From NCBI GenBank assembly GCA_019056805.1, contig DXJG01000014.1:1-27913 (forward strand): 27,913 nucleotides of DNA, in the 5' to 3' direction. Position 1 is the first letter of the stretch; each line of letters begins with the position of its first letter. The notes under the pieces are model-generated. The model saw only the letters and a program-made list of their open reading frames with translations, was not told where the DNA came from and ran no database searches. Below, in pieces: positions 1 to 8,609 of the stretch. Position numbers and translations under genes: made by a program. This DNA comes from Candidatus Baldrarchaeota archaeon. GTDB taxonomy: Archaea; Asgardarchaeota; Baldrarchaeia; Baldrarchaeales; DXJG01.

Positions 1-1
1 T

Positions 2-310
2 TTGGCGAGGGATGCAATTAATTCTGCGAGAAATGCTATTTCAGAAGCTAAGGCTCAAGGCTTCAACGTTGAAGAAGCCGAAAACCTGCTTTCCCAAGCT
101 GAACAGGCATATGATTCGGGAGACTACGAGAAAGCTAGGCAACTTGCTGAGGAAGCTGAATCTATCGCTTTAGATGTTGATAGGGATGGGGTTCCAAACG
201 ATAGGGACTTTGCTCCAACAATAAACAACTACTACATTTATGCTGCTATTGCAATTTCTGTTATTGCAGTATGTTTGGCCTATGGAATAAGAGTGAAGAG
301 GGGAAAGTAG
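2..310 (+). CDS. C-terminal part of a membrane-anchored extracellular protein (truncated by the window edge)
   Basis: Helical Ala/Glu-rich segment, then a DVDRDGVPNDRDFAP Ca-binding-like (thrombospondin type 3-like) motif, then a hydrophobic helix YIYAAIAISVIAVCLAYG and a basic tail RVKRGK. The frame is open at the window start. Confidence 0.7.
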   Translation: MARDAINSARNAISEAKAQGFNVEEAENLLSQAEQAYDSGDYEKARQLAEEAESIALDVDRDGVPNDRDFAPTINNYYIYAAIAISVIAVCLAYGIRVKRGK

Positions 311-613
311 AAGAAAGCTATGAGAGGGGAAAAGTAAGTTAGAGAACAATATTCTACTTCCATTTTTTATACAGGTTTTCTCAATTAATTTTAAAGTTTA
401 TTAAAAAGTATTTTGATTTGCTTTATTGGTATTATTATTGCGTATTCTCCGTTTGAAGCTGCTACAAGCTTCCTTATAAATTTACTAACTACCCAAAAAT
501 ATTTTCTTCCTAAAACCTTCTCAATCTTCTTAACAATACTTACTCTCTAAAAAATAATGTATAGTTAGTATATACGTTATATGACGGCTTCTTTACACGT
601 TGTGTGAATTTTG

Positions 614-1033
614 TTAGGTTTTAGTAGTTTTGTTTAATTTCTCTGTGATTTCTTTTAGATTGTTGAGGAATTCTTCGACCTTCATGATTATTGTTTCTCT
701 TTTCTTTCCGTTTTTAATGGCTTCCATGATGGGTTCTGCTTTGAAAACAAGTAGTTCGTCCAATCTTTTGTAAAGGTCTTCTAATTCTTTTTCTGATGAA
801 ATTTTTACATGTATGTCTCTTAGAATTGAGTATGCTGAGATAAATCCTCCTATAGCTGGTTCACGTGTATAAGCTCCTAAGAAAGGTCCTGGAGAAGATG
901 CTATGAGACCGAGAAATTGATCCAATAAACGGACGATTCTAGATCTCTTCTTTGATTTCTCAACCCCTTCCTCCAGACTTTTAACAACATTTTCTAAACT
1001 ATCTATAATACCTTTCACATTGAAGGTACTCAT
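614..1033 (-). CDS. Hypothetical helical protein (139 aa)
   Basis: ATG start preceded by AGAGGG; typical Lys/Glu-rich composition; no family recognised. Confidence 0.7.
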   Translation of the reverse strand: MSTFNVKGIIDSLENVVKSLEEGVEKSKKRSRIVRLLDQFLGLIASSPGPFLGAYTREPAIGGFISAYSILRDIHVKISSEKELEDLYKRLDELLVFKAEPIMEAIKNGKKRETIIMKVEEFLNNLKEITEKLNKTTKT

Positions 1034-1146
1034 TTATGTATACCCTCTTTTAGTCGTCAAATATACTTTAGATGAACTCGCATATATTTTTGACGGTAAA
1101 GGCAACGTGTAAGGTGAAAAGTAATGGAAATATGGTTTCTTGACAT

Positions 1147-1184
1147 GTAATAACTATTACAAACATTTCAGATATCTGAATGTT
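1147..1184. promoter_or_regulatory. Two adjacent palindromes in a divergent intergenic region
   Basis: GTAATA-AC-TATTAC (1147-1160) and AACATT(T)CAGATATCTGAATGTT (1162-1184, with a perfect 14-bp core TTCAGATATCTGAA). Confidence 0.35.
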
Positions 1185-1421
1185 AAAAGTGTACATCTTT
1201 AAAGGTTGTTTCTGAATACTAATACTATAATTTTTACGTTGGAATAGGTTAAAGACTGCTGAAATAAAGTTTATTTTATGCATCTATCTCTACATTTAAA
1301 TACCGCATGCTGTATTCATTTGTAATAGATGTAGAAAGCTAAGTACTTATCTTACTTTGATGAAGTTTCTTTAACATCTGGTTTGCAGCTTTAAAAGTAA
1401 AATAATTATTAGGAACGGGAT

Positions 1422-2243
1422 TTGAATATGTATGTTGTTCCTCCATCTAAAGTAACCAAGAAAGACATAGAGATGGTGATACAAAAAGCGTTAAAAAATG
1501 TTAGAGAAGAAGGTTATAAGCTGGTTGATGTCTCATTTTTGTGGATGCCATATTTTAGGGTGGAATGTATTTATCAAGATGAAATTGGGATTTCTGAGCA
1601 GGGTGAAACATCTTTAAATGCTATGCTCTACAGTGATGTTTTGAGTAGCGAAGATTTGATGGTTCTTTTTAGACCGAAATTTCTGAAATATGGGTTTAAG
1701 ATGTTGAGAGAGATCCGTATTGAGGAGTCTTTGAGAAAGTATAGGGAGATAGAGGGTTCAGTTGCAGATGTAGATTTCCGCAAGGTTAGTGGTAAGTTAC
1801 TTACTTTAATAAAGAATATAAAGGAAAGTCTTGCTGAGTTGAAGCCTAAACTTGAAACAGAACAGGATTTCGGTGTTGCTAGACTTTTTGTTGGTTCGCG
1901 ATACGCTTATGAAAGATTAACTTCAAAGCTTCATCGAGAAGGTTTTGAAGCATTGGAAAAAGAGGTTGCTCATTATAGATCTATGGAAATATTGATAAAA
2001 CTGTTTTTAGACTTGGATGTTTTACCTCAAACACTTCAAATACGTAAAAAAGAAGAATTTTACTTCCCATATCTGCTAATTCGCGTAGAAAAAGAGGAAG
2101 AAGGAGAAACTCAAAGAAAATATCTTTTTGTAGAACTGGTAAAGCAAGGAAAAATCTTTAAGAAATTCTATGAAGATTCTATTTTTACGCGTTTAATTGA
2201 GAACTACAAAGAACTACAGCAAATAATGGAAAACTTAACCTAA
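1422..2243 (+). CDS. Hypothetical protein (about 273 aa; start may be ATG 1428)
   Basis: Long ORF with two similar motifs, LWMPYFRVE and FYFPYLLIRVE; no family confidently recognised. Confidence 0.75.
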   Translation: MNMYVVPPSKVTKKDIEMVIQKALKNVREEGYKLVDVSFLWMPYFRVECIYQDEIGISEQGETSLNAMLYSDVLSSEDLMVLFRPKFLKYGFKMLREIRIEESLRKYREIEGSVADVDFRKVSGKLLTLIKNIKESLAELKPKLETEQDFGVARLFVGSRYAYERLTSKLHREGFEALEKEVAHYRSMEILIKLFLDLDVLPQTLQIRKKEEFYFPYLLIRVEKEEEGETQRKYLFVELVKQGKIFKKFYEDSIFTRLIENYKELQQIMENLT

Positions 2244-2424
2244 TGTTAATATATTAGTGTAAGTGAAATCTGAATTTCGTAATTGAAAAACGATCATTTT
2301 AGGAAAGTATTATCATGTGTGAACTAATCAAATATTCTACTATTTGATGGATGCTTCATTCTGAGGAAAATAAAGTATTGTAAGGTTTGAATTTCCAGAA
2401 ATGGAAAATTTTGTCACCGTTATC

Positions 2425-2441
2425 AAGATTAACTTATATAT
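2425..2441 (+). promoter_or_regulatory. TATA promoter of the PLP-enzyme/kinase/RLP operon
   Basis: TTATATAT at 2434-2441, about 25 nt upstream of AGGTGA. AGGTGA is probably the RBS for a TTG start at 2475. Confidence 0.55.
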
Positions 2442-2465
2442 TTGTTTATTGTAATAATTTTTTAG

Positions 2466-3860
2466 GTGATAATTTTGGCGGAGGAGATTAAACCGTCAGT
2501 ATTATCAAAAGAAGAGATTGAAACTTTTCTAACAAAAATTTCGCCGGAGGAAATAGAGAAAGCTAAGAAAATTAGCCTTACTCCATTGAAAGAAACAATA
2601 TTATTTAAAGGTGAGCCGAGTGGAGCTATCATTATGGATATTGATGGAAACAAATATATTGATTGTACTGCTCAAGCTTGGACTTTAAATATCGGATATT
2701 GCCAACCTGATGTTCTATACGCAGTATTAATGCAAATGAAGCGGCTTACTCATGTAAGATACGGATATCCTACGATTCCAAGATTAAAACTTTTGTTGAA
2801 ACTTTCAGAAATAGCTCCTGGAAACTTAAAGCGAGTATCTTTTAATAATGAAGGAGGAGGTATGGCAATAGAGGCAGCAATGAAGCTAGCGATGGTAAAC
2901 ATTAAGAAAATCGGTGCACATACTTTCATAACGTTTTGGAGAGGTTACCATGGTGCTACTCTTTCCACAATCCCAGCAAGTATGATTATAAGAGTAGTTA
3001 CAAGATTTCCAGGCTTTGGACTCGATAGATTTGTCAAATTACCTTACCCCTATTGTTATAGATGTCCTTTTGGAGAAAAAGAGTATCCAGATTGTGGACT
3101 TGTTTGCATTTCCTTCATAGAAAGAGCAATAACTGAAGCTGTAAGTGCTCCAGTTGTCGGTATGATAATAGAGCCTATGCAAGGGCCTGGAGGCCAGATT
3201 CCTGCACCTCCTGAGTTTCTTAAGGAGCTTAGAAGGATATGCAATGAGAATAACATTTTTCTGATTTATGATGAGGCGCAGGTTGCTTTTGGAAGATGTG
3301 GAAGAATGTTTGCAGCAGAATATTACAATGTTATTCCAGATATCATAGCGCTGACAAAAGCTTTGGGTGGAGGATTCCCTATAGGAGCAATTCTTGCAAG
3401 AGAAGATCTAAAAAACTTTACGGAGGCTGAGGAGCATACTACTTTTGGAAGTAATCCAATAATGTTTGCCGCTGCGCTTGCAAGTATTGAAGTTATTCAG
3501 CGATTAAATCTTCCGAAACGTGCTGAGGAGATGGGTAATTATATTATGGGTCGAATACGTGAGATGCAGGAAACTTATGAAACAATAGGGGATGTTAGGG
3601 GTGCAGGGCTCTTTATTGGGGTTGAATTGGTGAAAAATAGGAAAACAAAAGAACCGTTAGATTTCTTGAAGGTAGATATGTTTTTGAAACAGGCCTTTAA
3701 GAGAGGGGTAATTTTTGATGTCAGTATGCCGATAATATCGGAAAGGGGACAAATTATTAGGAATGTGATAAAAATTAAACCTCCGCTTACCATAACACGT
3801 GAACAGGTAGATAAGGCTTTAGAAGTTTTTGAAGAATGTTTGAAAATGGTTTCTAAGTGA
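2466..3860 (+). CDS. Class III PLP-dependent enzyme (aminotransferase-III fold) with phospho-lyase-like motifs
   Basis: Motifs YIDCTAQAWTLNIGY, GYHGAT, IIEPMQGPGGQI, IYDEAQVAFGRCG, DIIALTKALGGG (PLP Lys), TTFGSNP, GDVRGAGLFIGVELV, NVIKIKPPL. Confidence 0.9.
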   Translation: MIILAEEIKPSVLSKEEIETFLTKISPEEIEKAKKISLTPLKETILFKGEPSGAIIMDIDGNKYIDCTAQAWTLNIGYCQPDVLYAVLMQMKRLTHVRYGYPTIPRLKLLLKLSEIAPGNLKRVSFNNEGGGMAIEAAMKLAMVNIKKIGAHTFITFWRGYHGATLSTIPASMIIRVVTRFPGFGLDRFVKLPYPYCYRCPFGEKEYPDCGLVCISFIERAITEAVSAPVVGMIIEPMQGPGGQIPAPPEFLKELRRICNENNIFLIYDEAQVAFGRCGRMFAAEYYNVIPDIIALTKALGGGFPIGAILAREDLKNFTEAEEHTTFGSNPIMFAAALASIEVIQRLNLPKRAEEMGNYIMGRIREMQETYETIGDVRGAGLFIGVELVKNRKTKEPLDFLKVDMFLKQAFKRGVIFDVSMPIISERGQIIRNVIKIKPPLTITREQVDKALEVFEECLKMVSK

Positions 3861-5008
3861 TAGGGAGGGTGAAGTCAACGGGAACAATTCCTTCCAGCTT
3901 TTTTAAGCCGTATGTGAGAGAAACTAAGAGGTATATGGAAGATGAAGTTCAGAAGTATGGTTCCCGTATTTTGAATATGGTGTGGCAAAGTGAAGATTTT
4001 ATTCGACTTATGGGGAATGAAAATCCCTATGGACCTTCACCCAAAGTTATAGATGCATTAAAGAAAGCTACTCAACGTATCAATAAGTATCCTAGTCCTA
4101 CTTATGCTGATCTTGTTGAAAAAATAGCTGAATATGCTTCTGTAGAACCTGAAAACATACTTTTAGGAGCAGGCTCGCTTGAAATAATGGATGCAGTTTT
4201 CAGAGCATTTTTAAATCCTGGAGATAACGTTATTTTGTCAGCGCCTACATATAAACCCTATATTTTGAGAATAAAGGTGTGTGGTGGAAATTCGACATTA
4301 ATTCCAATGAAGAAAAGCGAAAACGGATTTTCGAGAGATATAGAAAAAATATTAGAAGCTATAAATTCGAAAACAAAAGCCGTAGTTTTTATGAATCCTA
4401 ATAATCCGACAGGAATACCTTTGACCCGAGAAGAACTTGAAAAAGTTTTAGACAAACCAATACTTATAGTAATAGATGAAGCATACTATGAATTCTGTGG
4501 GAAAACTTTTGCGCCACTTATAGAGGATAATGAAAATATAGTAGTGATAAGAACTTTATCAAAGGCTTTTGCTATGGCGGGATTAAGAATTGGATATGCA
4601 ATTGCTGATCAAAGTATCGTGGACTATATTAGTCGTGTACAATTGCCTTTTAGAGTTACAGAACTCACTGTCCATGCGGCAATAGCTGCTTTAAATGATA
4701 TGAAGTATGCAAAGGAAACTATAAGAAAAATATTGGATGAGAGGGAAAGACTTTTCAACGAATTGTCAAAAATGGAAGGTTTAAAACCTTATCCGTCAGC
4801 GGCAAACTTTATTCTTGTTAAAGTTACTCATGAAAAGTATTCTACAGAAAAACTGTCTTCTCTACTTTTAGGTAAACGTATAATAGTTAGAGGATTTACG
4901 GGAACGCCGGGACTTGAAGATGGAGGCTATATACGTATAAGTGTTGGAACTCGTGAGCAAAATGATAAACTTATTTCTGCTCTTAAATCCATTTTAGGTG
5001 GTGACTAA
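3857..5008 (+). CDS. Histidinol-phosphate aminotransferase-like (class I/II) PLP enzyme
   Basis: Motifs GNENPYGPSP, NPNNPTG, IDEAYYEF, RTLSKAFAMAGLRIGY, SAANFIL, YIRISVG. GTGA overlap with the upstream gene. No his genes nearby, so the true substrate is uncertain. Confidence 0.88.
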   Translation: MIGRVKSTGTIPSSFFKPYVRETKRYMEDEVQKYGSRILNMVWQSEDFIRLMGNENPYGPSPKVIDALKKATQRINKYPSPTYADLVEKIAEYASVEPENILLGAGSLEIMDAVFRAFLNPGDNVILSAPTYKPYILRIKVCGGNSTLIPMKKSENGFSRDIEKILEAINSKTKAVVFMNPNNPTGIPLTREELEKVLDKPILIVIDEAYYEFCGKTFAPLIEDNENIVVIRTLSKAFAMAGLRIGYAIADQSIVDYISRVQLPFRVTELTVHAAIAALNDMKYAKETIRKILDERERLFNELSKMEGLKPYPSAANFILVKVTHEKYSTEKLSSLLLGKRIIVRGFTGTPGLEDGGYIRISVGTREQNDKLISALKSILGGD

Positions 5009-6563
5009 ATTGTCTGAAGAATATATTTTAACGTATGATATTGGAACTGGAAGTACAAAAGCAACTCTTATCAGTATTGATGGAAAAATAGCTGCATCTT
5101 CTACGGAAGAATATGGATTAAGTCATCCACATCCAGGATGGGCTGAACAAGACCCTGAAGACTGGTGGAGAGCTGTTGTTACAACTACGAGAAATATTCT
5201 TCAAAAAAGTAAAATTTCCCCGAAAGACATCATAGGGACATCTTTTGATGCTCAAATGATTAATGTTATTCCAGTAGATAAAGAGGGAAAACCTCTTAGA
5301 CCATCTATAATATGGATGGATGCTAGGGCTGGTGAAGAGGCAAGGGAACTTGAAGAACGGGTATCTATAATTTTAATGGTTTCTGCAGGTCTTTTACCTA
5401 TGTTATCAGCAAAAGATGTGACTCCACGTATACTCTGGTTAAAGAAGAATGAACCGCGTGTTTTTGAGAAGACCTATAAGTTTCTTGACTGCAAAGACTA
5501 TCTAATATACAAGCTTACTGGTAAATATGCTACTGATTGGACATGTGCTTTTCTTACTGGTATGTTACATGTACGTGATAAAAAATGGTGTGAAGAATTT
5601 CTTGAATATCTTGGCATAAGTGTTGATCAGTTACCGGAACCACTAAAAACCACGGATATCGTGGGAACATTAACTGATGAAGCTGCTAAAGCTCTTGATC
5701 TTCCTAAAGAAACTCCGGTAATATGTGGAGCGGGAGATGTACCTGCCACCGCGTTAGGATCTGGTGCGGTTGGAAATGGAGAGGCACATGTTTATATAGG
5801 GACTTCTTCATGGATAGGAGTTCACTTAGACCCTGAAATGTACACTTTGGATCCTGATACGGGAATGGGAACTATTTTTTCAGGGGATCCTGAAAAGCTT
5901 CTTCTTACGGGGGAAATGGAGAACTCTGGAAATTGCTATAGATGGTTTAGAGACGAACTTGCATATAAAGAAGTAGAGGAAGCCAAAAAGGCAGATAAAG
6001 ATCCATATTATGTCCTTGACCAAGAAGCTTCAGAAATACCGCCTGGATCGGATAAATTAATATTTTTGCCGTGGATGCTTGGAGAAAGAGCACCACTACA
6101 AGATCATACAGTTCGTGGAGGTTTCGTAAACTTATCTCTTAGACATACACGTGCACATATGATTAGAGCAGTTCTTGAGGGAGTTGCATATCATTTAAGA
6201 TGGATTGTAGATTGTGTAGAAAGGCTTGGATTTAATATAGAATGGTTAAACGCGTGTGGCGGAGGAGCACAAAGTCCTCTTTGGATGCAAATCCTCGCCG
6301 ATGTTACCGGTAAAGAAATACGGCGGGTACATGCTCCACTTGATGCTCCTTCACTTGGTGTTGCAATGATTGTTGGAGTTGGATTAAAAGTTTACGAAGA
6401 CTTTGAAACAGCTGCTAAGAAGCTAATCGGGATAGAAAAAGTGTTTACACCTAATGAAAATAATAGAGGTGTATATGAGAAGCTTTATGGTTGTTTTAAG
6501 GAAATCTATAGGAATCTTAAGGATGTATTTTATGATTTAAATGAAAAGGAGGGAGAAATATGA
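4998..6563 (+). CDS. FGGY-family carbohydrate kinase (xylulokinase-like)
   Basis: Motifs YDIGTGSTKA, EQDPEDWW, IWMDARA, GAGDVPATALG, YIGTSSW, LPWMLGER, RAVLEGVAY, GGGAQSPLWMQILADV. Overlaps the upstream stop. Confidence 0.92.
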   Translation: MVTKLSEEYILTYDIGTGSTKATLISIDGKIAASSTEEYGLSHPHPGWAEQDPEDWWRAVVTTTRNILQKSKISPKDIIGTSFDAQMINVIPVDKEGKPLRPSIIWMDARAGEEARELEERVSIILMVSAGLLPMLSAKDVTPRILWLKKNEPRVFEKTYKFLDCKDYLIYKLTGKYATDWTCAFLTGMLHVRDKKWCEEFLEYLGISVDQLPEPLKTTDIVGTLTDEAAKALDLPKETPVICGAGDVPATALGSGAVGNGEAHVYIGTSSWIGVHLDPEMYTLDPDTGMGTIFSGDPEKLLLTGEMENSGNCYRWFRDELAYKEVEEAKKADKDPYYVLDQEASEIPPGSDKLIFLPWMLGERAPLQDHTVRGGFVNLSLRHTRAHMIRAVLEGVAYHLRWIVDCVERLGFNIEWLNACGGGAQSPLWMQILADVTGKEIRRVHAPLDAPSLGVAMIVGVGLKVYEDFETAAKKLIGIEKVFTPNENNRGVYEKLYGCFKEIYRNLKDVFYDLNEKEGEI

Positions 6564-7891
6564 GTAAAGAAGAAATTAAGGAAAAAGATGAATATGTATA
6601 TTTAGATACCCCAGAAGCATTGCCAGAAGGAGTAGATCCAGAAGAATATATTATAGCGACCTACTATGTATCGTTGCCATTTGGACTTGATATAATAAAG
6701 ATATCTCAAATGGCAGCTATAGAACAAAGTACAGGAACTTGGGTGCCAGTTCCGGGGGAAACTCCTGAGGTGCGAAGGAAACATGTGGCTAGAGTGATAG
6801 CAATATATGAAGTTCCACAATATGAATGGCATGTTCCCAGCGATGTAAAATGGCGACAATACATTGTTCAAATAGCGTATCCAATTATCAATCTATGTGG
6901 ATATCAAATTCCAATGTTGCTATCTACGGTTGCAGGTAATATTCTTAGTGGAGGTAAAATTAAGCTTTTAGACTTATGGTTCCCTAAGAATTACCTTAAG
7001 GGATTTAAAGGACCAAAATTTGGAATAGAAGGGGTTAGAAAGCATCTTGGAGTTAAAGAGAGACCTCTGCTTAACAATATGATAAAGCCATGTACAGGTT
7101 ATCCACCAGAAGTAGGGGCTCGTCTTTTCTACGAGGCTGCGCTGGGAGGAGTAGATATAGTGAAAGACGATGAACTTCTTGCAAATGCAGACTTTAACAA
7201 GGTTGAGGATCGTGTTGTGAAATATATGGAACTGGCAGACAAAGCATATGAAGAAACTGGAGAAAAAACAATGTATACTCCTAACATTACGGATACGCCG
7301 CAGAAAGCATTAGAACTTGCAGAGAAGGTCATAGAGCTTGGCGGCAACGGTCTTATGATAAATTATTTGACTGCTGGATTTGAAGTTATGAGAACATTGG
7401 CTGAGGATCCAAGTATAAACGTTCCAATTCTTGCACATATGGACTTTTCCGGAGCTCTCTACGAAGACCCATACTCTGGCTTATCATCAACACTCGTATT
7501 AGCAAAGCTTCCAAGACTTACTGGAGCAGACATTCTCGTATATCCAGCACCTTACGGAAAAGCACCATTTTTGAAAGAAAGATACATTATGATTGGAAAA
7601 ATGCTCAGATACCCGTTCCTCCACATAAAACCAACATTTCCAATGCCAAGTGGAGGAATAATTCCAAACATAGTTCCGAAAATAATTGAAGACTTTGGAA
7701 ACGAAGTTATAATTGCGGCTGGCGGTGCAATTCATGCGCATCCAATGGGACCTGTTGCTGGTGGAAAAGCATTTAGACAAGCTATTGAAGCAGCAATGAA
7801 AGGCATTCCTCTAAAAGAATATGCACAGGAACACGAAGAACTTAAAGTAGCATTAGAAGCTTGGAAAACTTCGAAACTCCTACCCATCTAA
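6560..7891 (+). CDS. RuBisCO-like protein (Form IV RLP)
   Basis: Motifs IEQSTGTW, AGNIL, MIKPCTG, DIVKDDELL (carbamate Lys and Mg ligands), LAHMDFSG, PYGK, PSGG, AAGGAIHAHPMG. Lacks the RuBisCO K177, R295 and H327 equivalents. ATGA overlap with the kinase gene and a GGAGG RBS. Confidence 0.93.
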   Translation: MSKEEIKEKDEYVYLDTPEALPEGVDPEEYIIATYYVSLPFGLDIIKISQMAAIEQSTGTWVPVPGETPEVRRKHVARVIAIYEVPQYEWHVPSDVKWRQYIVQIAYPIINLCGYQIPMLLSTVAGNILSGGKIKLLDLWFPKNYLKGFKGPKFGIEGVRKHLGVKERPLLNNMIKPCTGYPPEVGARLFYEAALGGVDIVKDDELLANADFNKVEDRVVKYMELADKAYEETGEKTMYTPNITDTPQKALELAEKVIELGGNGLMINYLTAGFEVMRTLAEDPSINVPILAHMDFSGALYEDPYSGLSSTLVLAKLPRLTGADILVYPAPYGKAPFLKERYIMIGKMLRYPFLHIKPTFPMPSGGIIPNIVPKIIEDFGNEVIIAAGGAIHAHPMGPVAGGKAFRQAIEAAMKGIPLKEYAQEHEELKVALEAWKTSKLLPI

Positions 7892-7919
7892 ATTTTCCTT
7901 TACCTCCCTTTTTATTTTG
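7892..7919 (+). terminator. Pyrimidine/T-rich archaeal terminator of the RLP operon
   Basis: Pyrimidine-rich tract with several T runs directly after the TAA stop. Confidence 0.55.
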
Positions 7920-7992
7920 TACCAAAAAGAAGAAATAAATTTCTTGTCCATTTAATGAATCCTTGACTTTTTATCACGGTGTTGTAATAGGC

Positions 7993-8006
7993 TGACAAAT
8001 TTGTCA
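7993..8006. promoter_or_regulatory. Perfect 14-bp palindrome, candidate transcription-factor site upstream of the GYD gene
   Basis: TGACAAATTTGTCA, lying 13 bp upstream of AGAAAAC-TTAAATA (BRE/TATA, TATA at 8020-8026). Confidence 0.5.
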
Positions 8007-8058
8007 TTTATAAGAAAACTTAAATATTATGGTTAGTAGTGATTAAAAGGGTGAAATT

Positions 8059-8352
8059 TTGCCTATTTATATAACTCTTGGCAAGTTTACTCAAGAAGAG
8101 ATTACAAAGATAAAAAAGTCGCCGGAACGGTTGGAGGCAGCTCGAAAAGTGCTCAAGTCAGTTGGAGGGGACATCAAGGAGTTCTACTATACCTTGGGAC
8201 AATACGATTTTGTTGTAATATCTGAAGCTCCAAGCGATGAAGCGATGATGAAGGCTTTGTTTATTATCTGCAGTAGGGGGACGGTAAGGACAGAGACACC
8301 AATAGCGATCCGGGCTGAAAAAGGAGCAGAAATTATTGAGGAGCTGCCTTAA
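8059..8352 (+). CDS. GYD domain-containing protein
   Basis: MPIYITLGKFT...GGDIKEFYYTLGQYDFVVISEAP...RGTVRTET fits the GYD family pattern. TTG start after a GGTGA RBS. Confidence 0.85.
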   Translation: MPIYITLGKFTQEEITKIKKSPERLEAARKVLKSVGGDIKEFYYTLGQYDFVVISEAPSDEAMMKALFIICSRGTVRTETPIAIRAEKGAEIIEELP

Positions 8353-8609
8353 GGCTACCCAGTAATGTCTGTCAATCTTTTCCTCTTCTTTATTTGTCTC
8401 TATCATACTATTTATGAAAGCTATTAGATTGATAAACACTAATCGAAATTGGACAATTACATTCTGTAACTCTGTATCTAGAATTCAAAATTTTTCTAAA
8501 GATCAGTTAAAGTTTCAGCATACTTCTGCAACAGCTAGTTTCTCTAGGTTGGAGGTGAAGGTTCCTACTAAGTTTAGACAGTTTGATTTGAGTACATAAT
8601 ATCAATATC

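Noticed and set aside
408-560. About 50-codon minus-strand open stretch (VSIVKKIEKVLGRKYFW...)
   Set aside because: No valid start codon and no recognisable similarity.
3857-5008. Assigning the symbol hisC
   Set aside because: The family fits, but there are no histidine genes nearby and it is embedded in a kinase/RLP operon.
6560-7891. Bona fide RuBisCO (Form III rbcL)
   Set aside because: K177, R295 and H327 equivalents are missing, and there are no AMP-phosphorylase, ribose-1,5-bisphosphate isomerase or PRK neighbours.
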